Below the pieces are notes generated by a model that was not told where the DNA came from, made no database searches, and was given only the letters and a program-made list of their open reading frames with translations. Source: Actinomycetota bacterium (lineage in GTDB: Bacteria > Actinomycetota > Acidimicrobiia > Spongiisociales > UBA5794). Taken from it: a stretch of 44,212 nucleotides of DNA. Below are positions 8,834 through 17,702 of the stretch, piece by piece. Location of the stretch: contig DRQR01000179.1 in the NCBI GenBank assembly GCA_011371355.1, positions 1 to 44,212 of the forward strand, read 5' to 3'. The translations under genes were made by a program, and so were the position numbers. The stretch's first letter is position 1; each line of letters begins with the position of its first letter.

Positions 8834-9621
8834 TGCCCGCGCCGAACGCCGTCTCCCGGTCCCTGCGAGCCGTCGCGAAGGCAGCCCTCGCCGTCGGCGG
8901 CATCCTCGCCGCCGAGATCTTCGAGGCCGCCTACCGCCCGGAGCTCCCCTCCTTCGCCGACCACGTCCTCGACGGGACGTTCGGTGATCCCACCGCCCCT
9001 CGGCTCCGGCTCGCCTTCGTCGGCGACTCGACGATCACCGGACCCGGCGTCGAGCCGATCGACGCCACCTGGCCGAGGCGGGTGGCCCACCACTTCGCCG
9101 CCGACCATCACGTCGACCTCGTCGTGACCGCCGTGGGCGGCTCGAAGGCCGTCGACGTCCTCACCACCCAGGTCCCCGCCGCCCTCGAGGCTCGGCCCGA
9201 CGTCGTCGTGCTCTCCGTGGGGGGCAACGACGCCCTTCGCGGCACCCCGATCGCCGGCTTCGAGGCGCGCTACGGGATCATCCTCGATCGCCTCACCGCC
9301 GTCGCCCCCGTCGTCGCCTGCGGGATCGGCGACTTCGGCACGATCCCCCGGCTGCCGCCCCTCGCCCGAGGCCTCGCCCGGGTTCGTTCCCGTGCCGTCG
9401 ATCGGGCGATCGCCCGCGCCGCGGCCGGCCGCTCCGACGTCCGGAAGACCGACTCGTGGGGCGCGAGGTGGCGGCCCTTCGCCACCGACCCGGAGCTCTG
9501 GGCCGACGACCTCTTCCACGCCAGTGCCCGCGGGCACGCCCTCTACGCCGAGGCGACGATCCCCCTCATCGAAGACCTCCTCCACCGCGGGCGGCCAGGT
9601 GGTGGCGGATCATCGCGGTGA
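8833..9621 (+). CDS. SGNH/GDSL hydrolase family protein
   Basis: The blocks FVGDSTITG (GDS), SVGGNDAL (GxND) and DDLFHASARGH (DxxH) are present. The ATG overlaps the ychF stop (TGATG). The N-terminus is hydrophobic. 262 aa. Confidence 0.75.
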   Translation: MPAPNAVSRSLRAVAKAALAVGGILAAEIFEAAYRPELPSFADHVLDGTFGDPTAPRLRLAFVGDSTITGPGVEPIDATWPRRVAHHFAADHHVDLVVTAVGGSKAVDVLTTQVPAALEARPDVVVLSVGGNDALRGTPIAGFEARYGIILDRLTAVAPVVACGIGDFGTIPRLPPLARGLARVRSRAVDRAIARAAAGRSDVRKTDSWGARWRPFATDPELWADDLFHASARGHALYAEATIPLIEDLLHRGRPGGGGSSR

Positions 9622-10246
9622 CCGTGCCCACGGCATTCGGGTTGTAGCCCTCCGGGACGATGAGGTCGGCGTAGCGCTTCGACGGTTCGACGAACTGGAG
9701 GTGCATGGGGCGGACGGTGCGCTCGTACTGGTCGAGGACGGACTCGACGGTGCGCCCTCGCTCCACCGTGTCCCGGCGGAGCCGACGGAGCAGCCGGAGA
9801 TCGGCGTCGGTGTCGACGTAGATCCGCAGGTCGAAGAGGGGTCGCAGTTCCCCGACCGCGAGGACGAGGATGCCCTCGACGATGAGCACCGGACTCGGAC
9901 GCACGACCACTCGCTCGGCGGCCCGAGTGTGCTCGGCGAAGTCGTAGACGGGACGCTCGATGCTCCGTCCCGCCCGGAGCTCGACGAGGTGCTCGACGAG
10001 GAGCTCGTTCTCGAGGGCGTCGGGATGGTCGTAGTTGACCGCGGCCCGTTGCTCCATCGGGAGATGGGACTGGTCCCGGTAGTACGCGTCGTGGGGGACG
10101 AGCTGCGCGACGTCCTCGCCGACCGCGGCCACCACCCGCTCGGCGATCGTCGTCTTGCCCGACCCCGAGCCCCCCGCGATCGCGATCACGAGGGGACGGG
10201 TCGCCGAGACGGGCCACGACGGACTCGACGCTCCTTCGGCGATCAC
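9566..10246 (-). CDS. udk: uridine kinase
   Basis: Motifs IAIAGGSGSGKTT, VNYDHPDA, VLIVEGIL and DTDADLRLLRRLRRD are present. The start is uncertain. I chose the GTG at 10246 because TACCGT (10260-10255) lies 8 nt upstream; the alternative is GTG at 10189. The rest of the 329-aa track ORF is Arg-rich junk. Confidence 0.75.
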   Translation of the reverse strand: MIAEGASSPSWPVSATRPLVIAIAGGSGSGKTTIAERVVAAVGEDVAQLVPHDAYYRDQSHLPMEQRAAVNYDHPDALENELLVEHLVELRAGRSIERPVYDFAEHTRAAERVVVRPSPVLIVEGILVLAVGELRPLFDLRIYVDTDADLRLLRRLRRDTVERGRTVESVLDQYERTVRPMHLQFVEPSKRYADLIVPEGYNPNAVGTVTAMIRHHLAARGGGGLR

Positions 10247-10304
10247 GGGCCGCCACGGTAGCGGGTGGGCGACGGGTCGACGACGCCCACTACACTTCGG
10301 GCCA

Positions 10305-10420
10305 CAGACCACCCCGGGGAGCTCGGAGAGCGAGCTGAGAGGGGGACCGCTCCGGAGGCGTCCGGCCGTCCTCGACCCGTGGAACCTGATCTGGTTCGTA
10401 CCAGCGGAGGAAGCGCGTGG
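10305..10420 (+). promoter_or_regulatory. TPP (THI-box) riboswitch
   Basis: The sequence reads GGGGAGC-n9-GAGCUGAGAGGG...GACCCGUGGAACCUGAUCUGGUUCGUACCAGCGGAGGAAG. It contains the conserved CUGAGA and ACCUGAUCUGG..UACCAGCG.AGGGA-like cores. The GGAGGAAG Shine-Dalgarno (10406-10413) and the GTG start (10417) are embedded in or adjacent to the 3' end of the aptamer. The boundaries are approximate. Confidence 0.85.
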
Positions 10421-11073
10421 CTCGAGAGGATCACCCCACCACCGCCTTCCTCGTCGCGCCCGGCCCCGACGTCGCCCTTCCCTCGGCACGCCCGGACGCG
10501 CTCGTCGTCGGCGTCGACGCGGGGACCGAGCTCCTCCGCGATCGCGGCTGGCCACCCCAGGTGGTCGTGGGCGATCTCGACTCGATCTCCGAACCCACCC
10601 TGCGGTGGGCCCGAGACGCCGGCGCGGAGATCCTCCGCCACCCCGTCGACAAGGACGCCACCGACCTCGAGCTCGCCCTCGTCCTCGCCCTCGAACGGGG
10701 CGTCCACACCGTGGAGATCCACGGCGGCACGGGGGGACGGATCTCCCATCTCCTCGGCAACGTCGCGGTCGTCGCGTCCCCGCGCTTCTCCTCCGTCGAG
10801 GTCACCTGGCACGTCGACGGAGCCCTCGTACTGCCGTGTCATCCGCATCGACCGCGTACCGTCGCCGGGGTGGTCGGCGACCTCGTCTCCCTCGTGCCCC
10901 TCGGGGGTCCCGCCCGGGGGGTCTCCACCTTCGGCCTCCGTTGGGCCCTCGACGACGACGACCTCGACGTCTGGAGCACCCGTGGGGTGTCGAACGAGCT
11001 CGAGGCACCCGTCGCCGAGGTCCGCCTCCGCCGGGGAACCCTGCTCGTCGTCCACGAAAGGAGCCGCCCATGA
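10417..11073 (+). CDS. thiN: thiamine pyrophosphokinase
   Basis: 218 aa. The VVGDLDS and VDKDATDLELAL motifs are present, with a C-terminal thiamine-binding-like domain. It lies immediately downstream of the TPP riboswitch. Confidence 0.8.
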   Translation: MAREDHPTTAFLVAPGPDVALPSARPDALVVGVDAGTELLRDRGWPPQVVVGDLDSISEPTLRWARDAGAEILRHPVDKDATDLELALVLALERGVHTVEIHGGTGGRISHLLGNVAVVASPRFSSVEVTWHVDGALVLPCHPHRPRTVAGVVGDLVSLVPLGGPARGVSTFGLRWALDDDDLDVWSTRGVSNELEAPVAEVRLRRGTLLVVHERSRP

Positions 11074-12128
11074 ACCGTTCCCTGCTCCCCCTCGTCGTCG
11101 TCCTCGTCGCCGCCGCCTGCACCGGGCGTTCCCCGGCGCCGGAGGCGACGACCACCCCGGCCCGGGAGATCGTCCTCATGACCCACGACTCCTTCGCCGC
11201 GTCCGACGAGGTCCTCGCCGCCTTCGAGGACGAGACCGGAGCTCGCATCGCGATCCTCGAGGCCGGGGACGCCGGCACGATGCTCAACCAGGCGATCCTC
11301 ACGAAGGACGACCCCATCGCCGACGTCCTCTACGGCATCGACAACACCTTCCTCGGTCGCGGCCTCGCCGAGGGGATCTTCCTCCCCTACGAGTCCCCGC
11401 TCCTCGACGACGTCGATCCCACCCTCCTCCCCACCGACGTCGATCCCGACCATCGGGTCACCCCGATCGACTACGGGGACGTGTGCATCAACTACGACGC
11501 GACGTTCTTCACCGAGCTCGATCCGCCCGCCACCCTCGAGGACCTCGTCGAGCCGGCCTACCGCGACCTCCTCGTCGTCGAGGATCCGGCGACCTCGAGT
11601 CCGGGCCTCGCCTTCCTCCTGGCCACCATCGCCCGCTTCCCCGAGGACTCCGGCTACCCGTGGACCCGGTACTGGGAGGAGCTCGTCGCCAACGGCGTGG
11701 AGATCGCCCCGGACTGGGAGCAGGCCTACTACGGCAGGTTCAGCGGCGGTTCGGGCGAAGGCGACCGGCCCCTCGTGGTCTCCTACGCGTCGTCCCCGGT
11801 GGCCGAGGCCTACTTCGGGGAGCTCGACGAGCCCCCCACCGGCGTCGTCGTCGACGGCTGTTTCCGGCAGGTCGAGTACGCCGGGATCCTTCGAGGCACC
11901 CGCCGGGAAGACCTCGCCCGTCGCCTCGTCGACTTCCTCCTCTCGCCCACCTTCCAGGAGGACATCCCCCTGAACATGTTCGTGTTCCCGGCGAACACGG
12001 AGGCGGGGCTTCCGGAGGTCTTCGTCGAGCACGCGGTGATCCCCGGCTCGCCCCTCGGTCTCGATCCGGAGCTCATCGACGCCCGCCGGGAGGAATGGAT
12101 CCGGACCTGGACGGAGATCGTCCGGTGA
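11070..12128 (+). CDS. thiB: thiamine ABC transporter substrate-binding lipoprotein (TbpA/ThiB family)
   Basis: The ATG at 11070 overlaps the TPK stop (ATGA), with GAAAGGAG upstream. The lipobox LVAAAC is present. It aligns by eye with E. coli TbpA: THDSFAA, DVLYGIDN, PIDYGDVCINYD, DPATSSPGLAFLL, LVVSYASSP, FLLSPTFQEDIP. Confidence 0.85.
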   Translation: MNRSLLPLVVVLVAAACTGRSPAPEATTTPAREIVLMTHDSFAASDEVLAAFEDETGARIAILEAGDAGTMLNQAILTKDDPIADVLYGIDNTFLGRGLAEGIFLPYESPLLDDVDPTLLPTDVDPDHRVTPIDYGDVCINYDATFFTELDPPATLEDLVEPAYRDLLVVEDPATSSPGLAFLLATIARFPEDSGYPWTRYWEELVANGVEIAPDWEQAYYGRFSGGSGEGDRPLVVSYASSPVAEAYFGELDEPPTGVVVDGCFRQVEYAGILRGTRREDLARRLVDFLLSPTFQEDIPLNMFVFPANTEAGLPEVFVEHAVIPGSPLGLDPELIDARREEWIRTWTEIVR

Positions 12129-13744
12129 GCCGTCCCGGCCCGGCGCTCCGGACCCTCGCCGCGGTGCCCCTGGCGTTCCTGGGTTGGTTCTTCGTCTACC
12201 CGATCGCCAGGATCAGCCTCCTCGCCCTCGCGCCCGGCGGCCGGTTCGATCCGACCCCCTTCGCCGAGGTCGTGACCGACCCGGGCATCCGCTCGGTCGC
12301 CTTCTTCACCCTCTGGCAGGCGGTGGCCTCCACGATCGGAACCCTCGTCCTCGGCCTCCCCGCCGCCTACGTCTTCGCCCGGTACCGCTTCCCCGGGCGG
12401 CGACTCCTCCGCGCCCTCATGACCGTCCCCTTCGTACTCCCCACCCTCGTGGTCGCCTCGGCCTTCGTCGCGCTCGTCGGACCCGGGGGCCTCCTCGGCG
12501 TCGACCTCCAGGGCACCGTGGCCGCCATCCTCCTCGCCCACGTCTTCTACAACGTCCCCATCGTCATCCGCGGCGTCGGCGCCTTCTGGGAACAGGTCGA
12601 TCCGGCGGTGGGCGACGCCGCCCGAACCCTCGGGGCGAGCCCGGTCCGGGCCTTCCGAACCGTCACCCTGCCCCTCCTCGTCCCGGCCCTCGCCTCGACG
12701 GCCGCCCTCGTGTTCCTCTTCACCTTCACGAGCTTCGGGGTGATCCTCGTCCTCGGCGGGTTCGAACATGCCACGATCGAGGTGGAGATCTGGCGCCAGA
12801 CGGTCGCCTTCCTCCGGCTCGACGTCGCCGCCGCCCTCTCGCTCACCCAGCTCGGGTTCCTCGCGGTCGTCCTCGCCGGCTACAACCGCCTCCAGGCTCG
12901 CCGGGCGGTCGTGCTCCCCCAGCGGCCCGGATCGCGCCATCTCAGGACCCCCCGAGGCGCCCGCGACCTCGGTGCCGTCGCCGGGATCCTCGGGGTCACC
13001 GCTGCGTTCCTGCTCGGTCCCCTCGTCGTCCTCGTCCGTCGCGCCCTCCTCACCCCGACGGGCTTCGGCCTCGACAACTTCGTCGCTCTCACCGAACGGA
13101 CCACGGCCCTGTTCGTACCCCCCGTCGAGGCGATCTCGAACAGCCTCCGGTTCGCCGCGGCGGCGACGGTCCTCGCCGTCCTCGTCGGCGTCACCGCCGC
13201 GGTCGTCGTCGCCCGTGACCGAGGTGCCCTGGGGCGGGGCCTCGACCTGCTCCTCATGCTCCCCCTCGCCGCCTCGGCGGTGACGATCGGCTTCGGACTC
13301 CTCGTGTCGATGGACCGCCCCGTCGACCTCCGCCGCTCCACGCTCCTGCTGCCCATCGCCCACGCCCTCGTCGCCGTCCCCTTCGTCGTCCGCGCCGCGC
13401 TCCCGGCGATGCGGGCGATCGGGGGACGTCTCCGGGAAGCCGCCGCCGTCCTGGGTGCCTCCCCATGGCGGGCGTGGCGGACGGTGGAGGCGCCCCTGGC
13501 CGCCCGGGCCCTCGCCGTCGGGACCGCCTTCGCCTTCGCGGTGTCGCTCGGAGAGTTCGGCGCGACCGCCTTCCTCGCCCGTCCCGCGGCCCCGACGCTC
13601 CCGATCGCCATCTTCCGTCTCCTCGGCCAGCCGGGTCGTGGCACCATCGGACCCGCCATGGCCCTCAGCGTCGTGCTCCTCGTCCTCACCGTCGCCGCGA
13701 TCGCGGCGATCGAGACCCTTCGCGTCGGCGGCGACGAGCTCTGA
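12125..13744 (+). CDS. thiP: thiamine ABC transporter permease (two fused MetI-like domains)
   Basis: The GTG at 12125 overlaps the thiB stop (GTGA). The 539-aa product is highly hydrophobic with a duplicated permease module, the same size as E. coli ThiP. The 620 residues ahead of it in the track ORF are out-of-frame junk. Confidence 0.8.
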   Translation: MSRPGPALRTLAAVPLAFLGWFFVYPIARISLLALAPGGRFDPTPFAEVVTDPGIRSVAFFTLWQAVASTIGTLVLGLPAAYVFARYRFPGRRLLRALMTVPFVLPTLVVASAFVALVGPGGLLGVDLQGTVAAILLAHVFYNVPIVIRGVGAFWEQVDPAVGDAARTLGASPVRAFRTVTLPLLVPALASTAALVFLFTFTSFGVILVLGGFEHATIEVEIWRQTVAFLRLDVAAALSLTQLGFLAVVLAGYNRLQARRAVVLPQRPGSRHLRTPRGARDLGAVAGILGVTAAFLLGPLVVLVRRALLTPTGFGLDNFVALTERTTALFVPPVEAISNSLRFAAAATVLAVLVGVTAAVVVARDRGALGRGLDLLLMLPLAASAVTIGFGLLVSMDRPVDLRRSTLLLPIAHALVAVPFVVRAALPAMRAIGGRLREAAAVLGASPWRAWRTVEAPLAARALAVGTAFAFAVSLGEFGATAFLARPAAPTLPIAIFRLLGQPGRGTIGPAMALSVVLLVLTVAAIAAIETLRVGGDEL

Positions 13745-14769
13745 TGCTCGAGGTCGACGCCGTCACCGTCCGCTTCGGCGCCGCCACCGCCCTCGACGGG
13801 TTCTCCCTACGCGTCCCCCAGGGCCGCCGGGTCGCGGTGATGGGCCCGTCCGGTTCGGGCAAGTCGACGCTCCTGCGGGTCGTCGCCGGTCTCCAGCGAC
13901 CCGACGGAGGACACGTCCGCTGGGCCGGTGTCGACGTCACGGACGTGCCCCCCCACCGTCGGGGCTTCGGACTCATGTTCCAGGACTACGCCCTCTTCCC
14001 CCATCGCTCCGTCGCCGGGAACGTCGCCTACGGGCTCGAGATGGCCGGCCGCTCCCGTGCGGAGATCGCCGAGCGGGTCCGGACGATGCTCGAACTCGTC
14101 GGCCTCCCCGGCGCCGAGGACCGTGACGTCGCCACCCTGTCGGGTGGAGAGCAGCAGCGCGTCGCCCTGGCCCGGACGCTGGCCCCGGCCCCCAGGCTCG
14201 TGCTCCTCGACGAGCCCCTCGGTTCCCTCGACCGCGCGCTCCGCGATCGCCTCCTCGTCGACATGCCCCGCATCTTCGACCGGATCGGCGCGACGGTCGT
14301 CTACGTCACCCACGACCGGGAGGAGGCCTTCGCCGTCGGCGACGAGATCGTCGTCGCCAGGGCCGGACGGGACGTGGCGACGGGGACACCCGAGGCCCTC
14401 TGGCATCGACCTCCGGACGCCTGGGTGGCGCGGTTCATCGGCCTCGAGAACGTCTTCCCGATCACCCGTCGCGGCGAGGAGACGACGACGGGTTGGTGGA
14501 CGGTCCCCCGGGTGGAGGGGACGCCCGACGCCACCCACGTGGTGATCCCGCCCGAGGCCGTTCGTCTCGGAACCGGACCCCTCGCGGGTACGGTCGCCGA
14601 CGCCCGATTCCTCGGCGGCCACTACCTCGTTCGGCTCCGACTGGACGTCGGCGTGGAGATCGTCGCCGACGTCCCCACGGTTCCCGCCCGCGGCAGCCGC
14701 GTGGCCTTCGACATCGATCCGGGACGGGTGGTCCTCGTGCCCGATCAGCCGACGAGCTCGTCGGTGTAG
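13744..14769 (+). CDS. thiQ: ABC transporter ATP-binding protein (ThiQ role, with an extra C-terminal TOBE-like domain)
   Basis: The ATG overlaps the thiP stop (TGATG). Walker A is GPSGSGKST, the signature is LSGGEQQRVALAR and Walker B is LVLLDEP. 341 aa. Confidence 0.8.
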   Translation: MLEVDAVTVRFGAATALDGFSLRVPQGRRVAVMGPSGSGKSTLLRVVAGLQRPDGGHVRWAGVDVTDVPPHRRGFGLMFQDYALFPHRSVAGNVAYGLEMAGRSRAEIAERVRTMLELVGLPGAEDRDVATLSGGEQQRVALARTLAPAPRLVLLDEPLGSLDRALRDRLLVDMPRIFDRIGATVVYVTHDREEAFAVGDEIVVARAGRDVATGTPEALWHRPPDAWVARFIGLENVFPITRRGEETTTGWWTVPRVEGTPDATHVVIPPEAVRLGTGPLAGTVADARFLGGHYLVRLRLDVGVEIVADVPTVPARGSRVAFDIDPGRVVLVPDQPTSSSV

Positions 14770-15308
14770 ACGACCCGACCGAATTCCCCGTCGATGGTCA
14801 GGGCGGAGTAGCGGGCCACCTCCCGGGCCCGATACACCTTGTGGTTCGAGGCGACGATGTCGAAGGTGTGGGTGGCGTCGACGACGAAGAGCACGTCGTA
14901 GCCCAGGTCGCAGGCCACCCTCGCCGTCGTCTCGCAACAGACGTTCGTCTGGATGCCGCACACGGCGACCCCCGAGACGTCCATCCGACGAAGCCAGCCG
15001 TCGAGGTCGGGGGTACCGTGGAACGCGGAGTGCACGTCCTTGGTGACGAGGAGGTCGGGCTCCCCGGCGAGCACCTCCTTGAAGGCGTTGCCGGGCCGTC
15101 CGGGGGCGAGGGGCGAGTGGGGGTCCCTCGAATCGTGCCGCACGTAGACGACGGGCCACCCGTAGTCGCGCCATGCCTCGAGGAGTCGGGCGATGTTCGC
15201 CTCGCAGTCGGGGTTGTTGCGCGCTCCCCAGTACGCCGTGTCGTCGAAGCCCTGCTGGACGTCGACGACCACGAGCGCCGTGGCGCCGTCCCATCGTTCT
15301 GCGACCAT
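14745..15308 (-). CDS. isochorismatase-family cysteine hydrolase
   Basis: 187 aa. Motifs LVVVDVQQGF, KDVHSAFHGTPL..WL and CGIQTNVCCETTAR (catalytic Cys context) are present. GGGGGAGG lies upstream of the ATG. Confidence 0.75.
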   Translation of the reverse strand: MVAERWDGATALVVVDVQQGFDDTAYWGARNNPDCEANIARLLEAWRDYGWPVVYVRHDSRDPHSPLAPGRPGNAFKEVLAGEPDLLVTKDVHSAFHGTPDLDGWLRRMDVSGVAVCGIQTNVCCETTARVACDLGYDVLFVVDATHTFDIVASNHKVYRAREVARYSALTIDGEFGRVVYTDELVG

Positions 15309-15359
15309 CGCCTCCCCCCTGGATCGTTGCCGCGCACCTACGCTAGCCGATCCCGACCG

Positions 15360-16253
15360 TCACCCGTCGATCGGCGGGCGGATCCCGTGACCGGGACGTT
15401 CGATGGGCATCCGGACCATGTTCCCCCACTCAGTCCAGGATCCGTCGTAGTTCCGTACCCGCGGGTAGCCGAGGAGATGGTGGAGCACGAACCAGGTGTG
15501 GGACGATCGCTCGCCGATCCGGCAGTAGGCGATGACGTCGTCGTCGGGGGACAGCCCCGCCTCGCCCTCGTAGATGGCCCGCAGCTCGTCTGCGGATCGG
15601 AACGTCCCGTCGTCGTTCGCCGCCCGGCGCCAGGGCACGTTGACCGCGTAGGGGATGTGCCCGCCCCGGAGCGCTCCCTCCTGCGGGTAGCCGGGCATGT
15701 GGAGGAGCTCGCCCCGATACTCCTCGGGCGACCGGACGTCGACGAGGGGACGACGGGCCCGGACGTGCTCGAGGACGTCTTCTCGGAAGGCGCGGATCGG
15801 CTCGTCCCGACGCTCGACGACCGGATAGCGGGTTCGGGGCCGAGCCGGGACCTCGCGGGTGGTGGGGCGGCCCTCGGCGAGCCACTTCTGTCGTCCCCCG
15901 TCGAGGAGCTTCACGTTCGGATGGCCGAAGAGCGAGAACACCCAGAGGGCGTAGGCCGCCCACCAGTTGAAGTTGTCTCCGTAGAAGATCACCGTGTCGT
16001 CCCGGGAGATGCCCTTCCGGGCCATGAGCTCGGCGAAGGCCTCAGGCTCGAGGTAGTCGCGGGTGACCGGATCGTTGAGGTCCTCCTGCCAGTCGACCTT
16101 CACCGCTCCGGGGATGTGGCCGGTCTCGTAGAGGAGGACGTCCTCGTCGGATTCGACGACGACGATCCCCGGCTCGTCGAGGTGGTCGGCCAGCCAATCG
16201 GTGGTGACGAGGACGTCGGGATTCGCATAGCCGGCGAACTCGGGATCGGTCAT
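15360..16253 (-). CDS. sseA: thiosulfate/3-mercaptopyruvate sulfurtransferase (tandem rhodanese)
   Basis: ATG at 16253 with GGGAGGAAG upstream; 297 aa. It starts [25 protein letters not shown], and the active-site loop is [12 protein letters not shown]. Confidence 0.85.
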   Translation of the reverse strand: MTDPEFAGYANPDVLVTTDWLADHLDEPGIVVVESDEDVLLYETGHIPGAVKVDWQEDLNDPVTRDYLEPEAFAELMARKGISRDDTVIFYGDNFNWWAAYALWVFSLFGHPNVKLLDGGRQKWLAEGRPTTREVPARPRTRYPVVERRDEPIRAFREDVLEHVRARRPLVDVRSPEEYRGELLHMPGYPQEGALRGGHIPYAVNVPWRRAANDDGTFRSADELRAIYEGEAGLSPDDDVIAYCRIGERSSHTWFVLHHLLGYPRVRNYDGSWTEWGNMVRMPIERPGHGIRPPIDG

Positions 16254-16308
16254 CGCTTCCTCCCTGTTCCCTGTTTCTCCTACCGTCATCGTAGGTATCC
16301 TCGGCGTC

Positions 16309-16737
16309 GTGGAGCACGACGGCCTGCCCGAACGACTCGCCCGCCTCGTCGAGATGTTCGCCGCCGCGCCGAAGCGGGTGAAGATCGACGCACTCGTCGA
16401 CTTCTCGGATCGGCTCCCGCCTCCACCCGACGACCTCGCCGGGGCTGCGACCCTCCATCGCGTCCACGAGTGCCAGACGCCCTTCTTCGTGGCGGCGACC
16501 ACGCAGCCCGACGGTCGGGTCCATCTCGTCTTCGACGTCCCCCGGGAGTCGCCGACGATCCGTGGGTACGCGGGCATCCTCGCCGAAGGGCTCGAGGGCG
16601 TCCCGGTCTCCGAGGTCCTCGCGATCCCCGACGACTTCTATCTCCGGATGGGCCTCGAGGAGGTCCTCAGTCCACTGCGGCTCCGCGGCATGGGCGCGAT
16701 CCTCCGGGAGATCAAGCGCCAGCTCGCCGCGGCCTGA
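16309..16737 (+). CDS. SufE-like sulfur acceptor protein
   Basis: 142 aa. It has a conserved Cys context (VHECQTPFF), ...[18 protein letters not shown] and a C-terminal [12 protein letters not shown], which are SufE/BolA-SufE family features. TATCCT (16296-16301) lies 7 nt upstream of the GTG. Confidence 0.7.
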   Translation: MEHDGLPERLARLVEMFAAAPKRVKIDALVDFSDRLPPPPDDLAGAATLHRVHECQTPFFVAATTQPDGRVHLVFDVPRESPTIRGYAGILAEGLEGVPVSEVLAIPDDFYLRMGLEEVLSPLRLRGMGAILREIKRQLAAA

Positions 16738-17646
16738 TCATCCCAGCAGGCGCGGACCGAGCTTCGCGAACTCGTCTTGGGCCGAGAAGGGGACGAGGTA
16801 CCCATCGTCGTCCCGGATCTCGTCGAGATGCTCGGCGATCTCCTCGATCGTCGGGATCCCCTCGTCGGGATGCTTGAACCACCCGTCGCAGAGGCCGACG
16901 AAGACCCGACTCACCGAGCCGCCGCCCACCGACCAGATCTCGCCGGTGAACTCGCACGCCTCGGAGCAGAGGTAGGCGACGGCGGGGGCCACCGCATCGG
17001 GGTGGAGATGGTCGGCGAGGTCGCCGAGGAGCTCCTCGGTCATGCGCGTCCTCGCGATGGGCGCGACCGCGTTCACCTTGATCCCGTACTTCATCCCTTC
17101 GAGCTTGAGGGCGTTCATGAACCCGATGAGCCCCATCTTCGCCGCGCCGTAGTTCGTCTGGCCGAAGTTGCCGAAGAGCCCCGAGGCGGACGAGGTGACG
17201 ACGATCCGGCCGTACTGCTGCTCCTTCATCTTGACGAAGGCGGGCCTCGTGACGTAGAAGGCGCCCTCGAGATGGACGGCGAGCACGTCCCGGAGATCCT
17301 GCCAGGCCATGTTCGCCAGCGTCTTGTCTCGGAGGATCCCGGCGTTGTTCACGACGATGTCGACCCGGCCGAACTCGTCGAGGGCCCGGCGAACGATCGC
17401 CTCGCCGCCCTCGGGGGTCGCCACCGAGTTGTAGTCGGCCACCGCCGTGCCGCCGTCGGCGAGGATCTCGGCGACGACGTGGTCGGCCGCCGTCGTGTCG
17501 GAGCCCTCGCCGTGGACCGAGCCCCCGACGTCGTTCACCACCACCGCGGCCCCCCGAGCCGCCAGCAGCTTCGCGTGGGCCCGTCCGAGGCCGCCGCCGG
17601 CCCCCGTGACGATCGCCACCCGTCCGTCGAATCCGATCATCGCCAC
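16738..17646 (-). CDS. SDR family oxidoreductase (MFE-2 / 3-hydroxyacyl-CoA dehydrogenase-like)
   Basis: 302 aa. Motifs VTGAGGGLG, NNAG, SSASG and YGAAK (YxxxK) are present. GGAGGTGG lies upstream. Confidence 0.8.
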   Translation of the reverse strand: MAMIGFDGRVAIVTGAGGGLGRAHAKLLAARGAAVVVNDVGGSVHGEGSDTTAADHVVAEILADGGTAVADYNSVATPEGGEAIVRRALDEFGRVDIVVNNAGILRDKTLANMAWQDLRDVLAVHLEGAFYVTRPAFVKMKEQQYGRIVVTSSASGLFGNFGQTNYGAAKMGLIGFMNALKLEGMKYGIKVNAVAPIARTRMTEELLGDLADHLHPDAVAPAVAYLCSEACEFTGEIWSVGGGSVSRVFVGLCDGWFKHPDEGIPTIEEIAEHLDEIRDDDGYLVPFSAQDEFAKLGPRLLG

Positions 17647-17702
17647 CTCCGTCGTCGACCACCCGCACGTTAGCCCCCCGCTCGCCCCCTACCATCGCGG
17701 CG

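Noticed and set aside
10382-10397. GAAC-N8-GTTC motif resembling a LexA half-site pair
   Set aside because: The spacing is 8 nt, not 4. The sequence is the conserved ACCUGAUCUGG..helix of the TPP riboswitch.
10265-12124. N-terminal 620 residues of the 1159-aa ORF 10265..13744
   Set aside because: This part is an out-of-frame read of the TPK and thiB genes. The real permease starts at the GTG at 12125, which overlaps the thiB stop.
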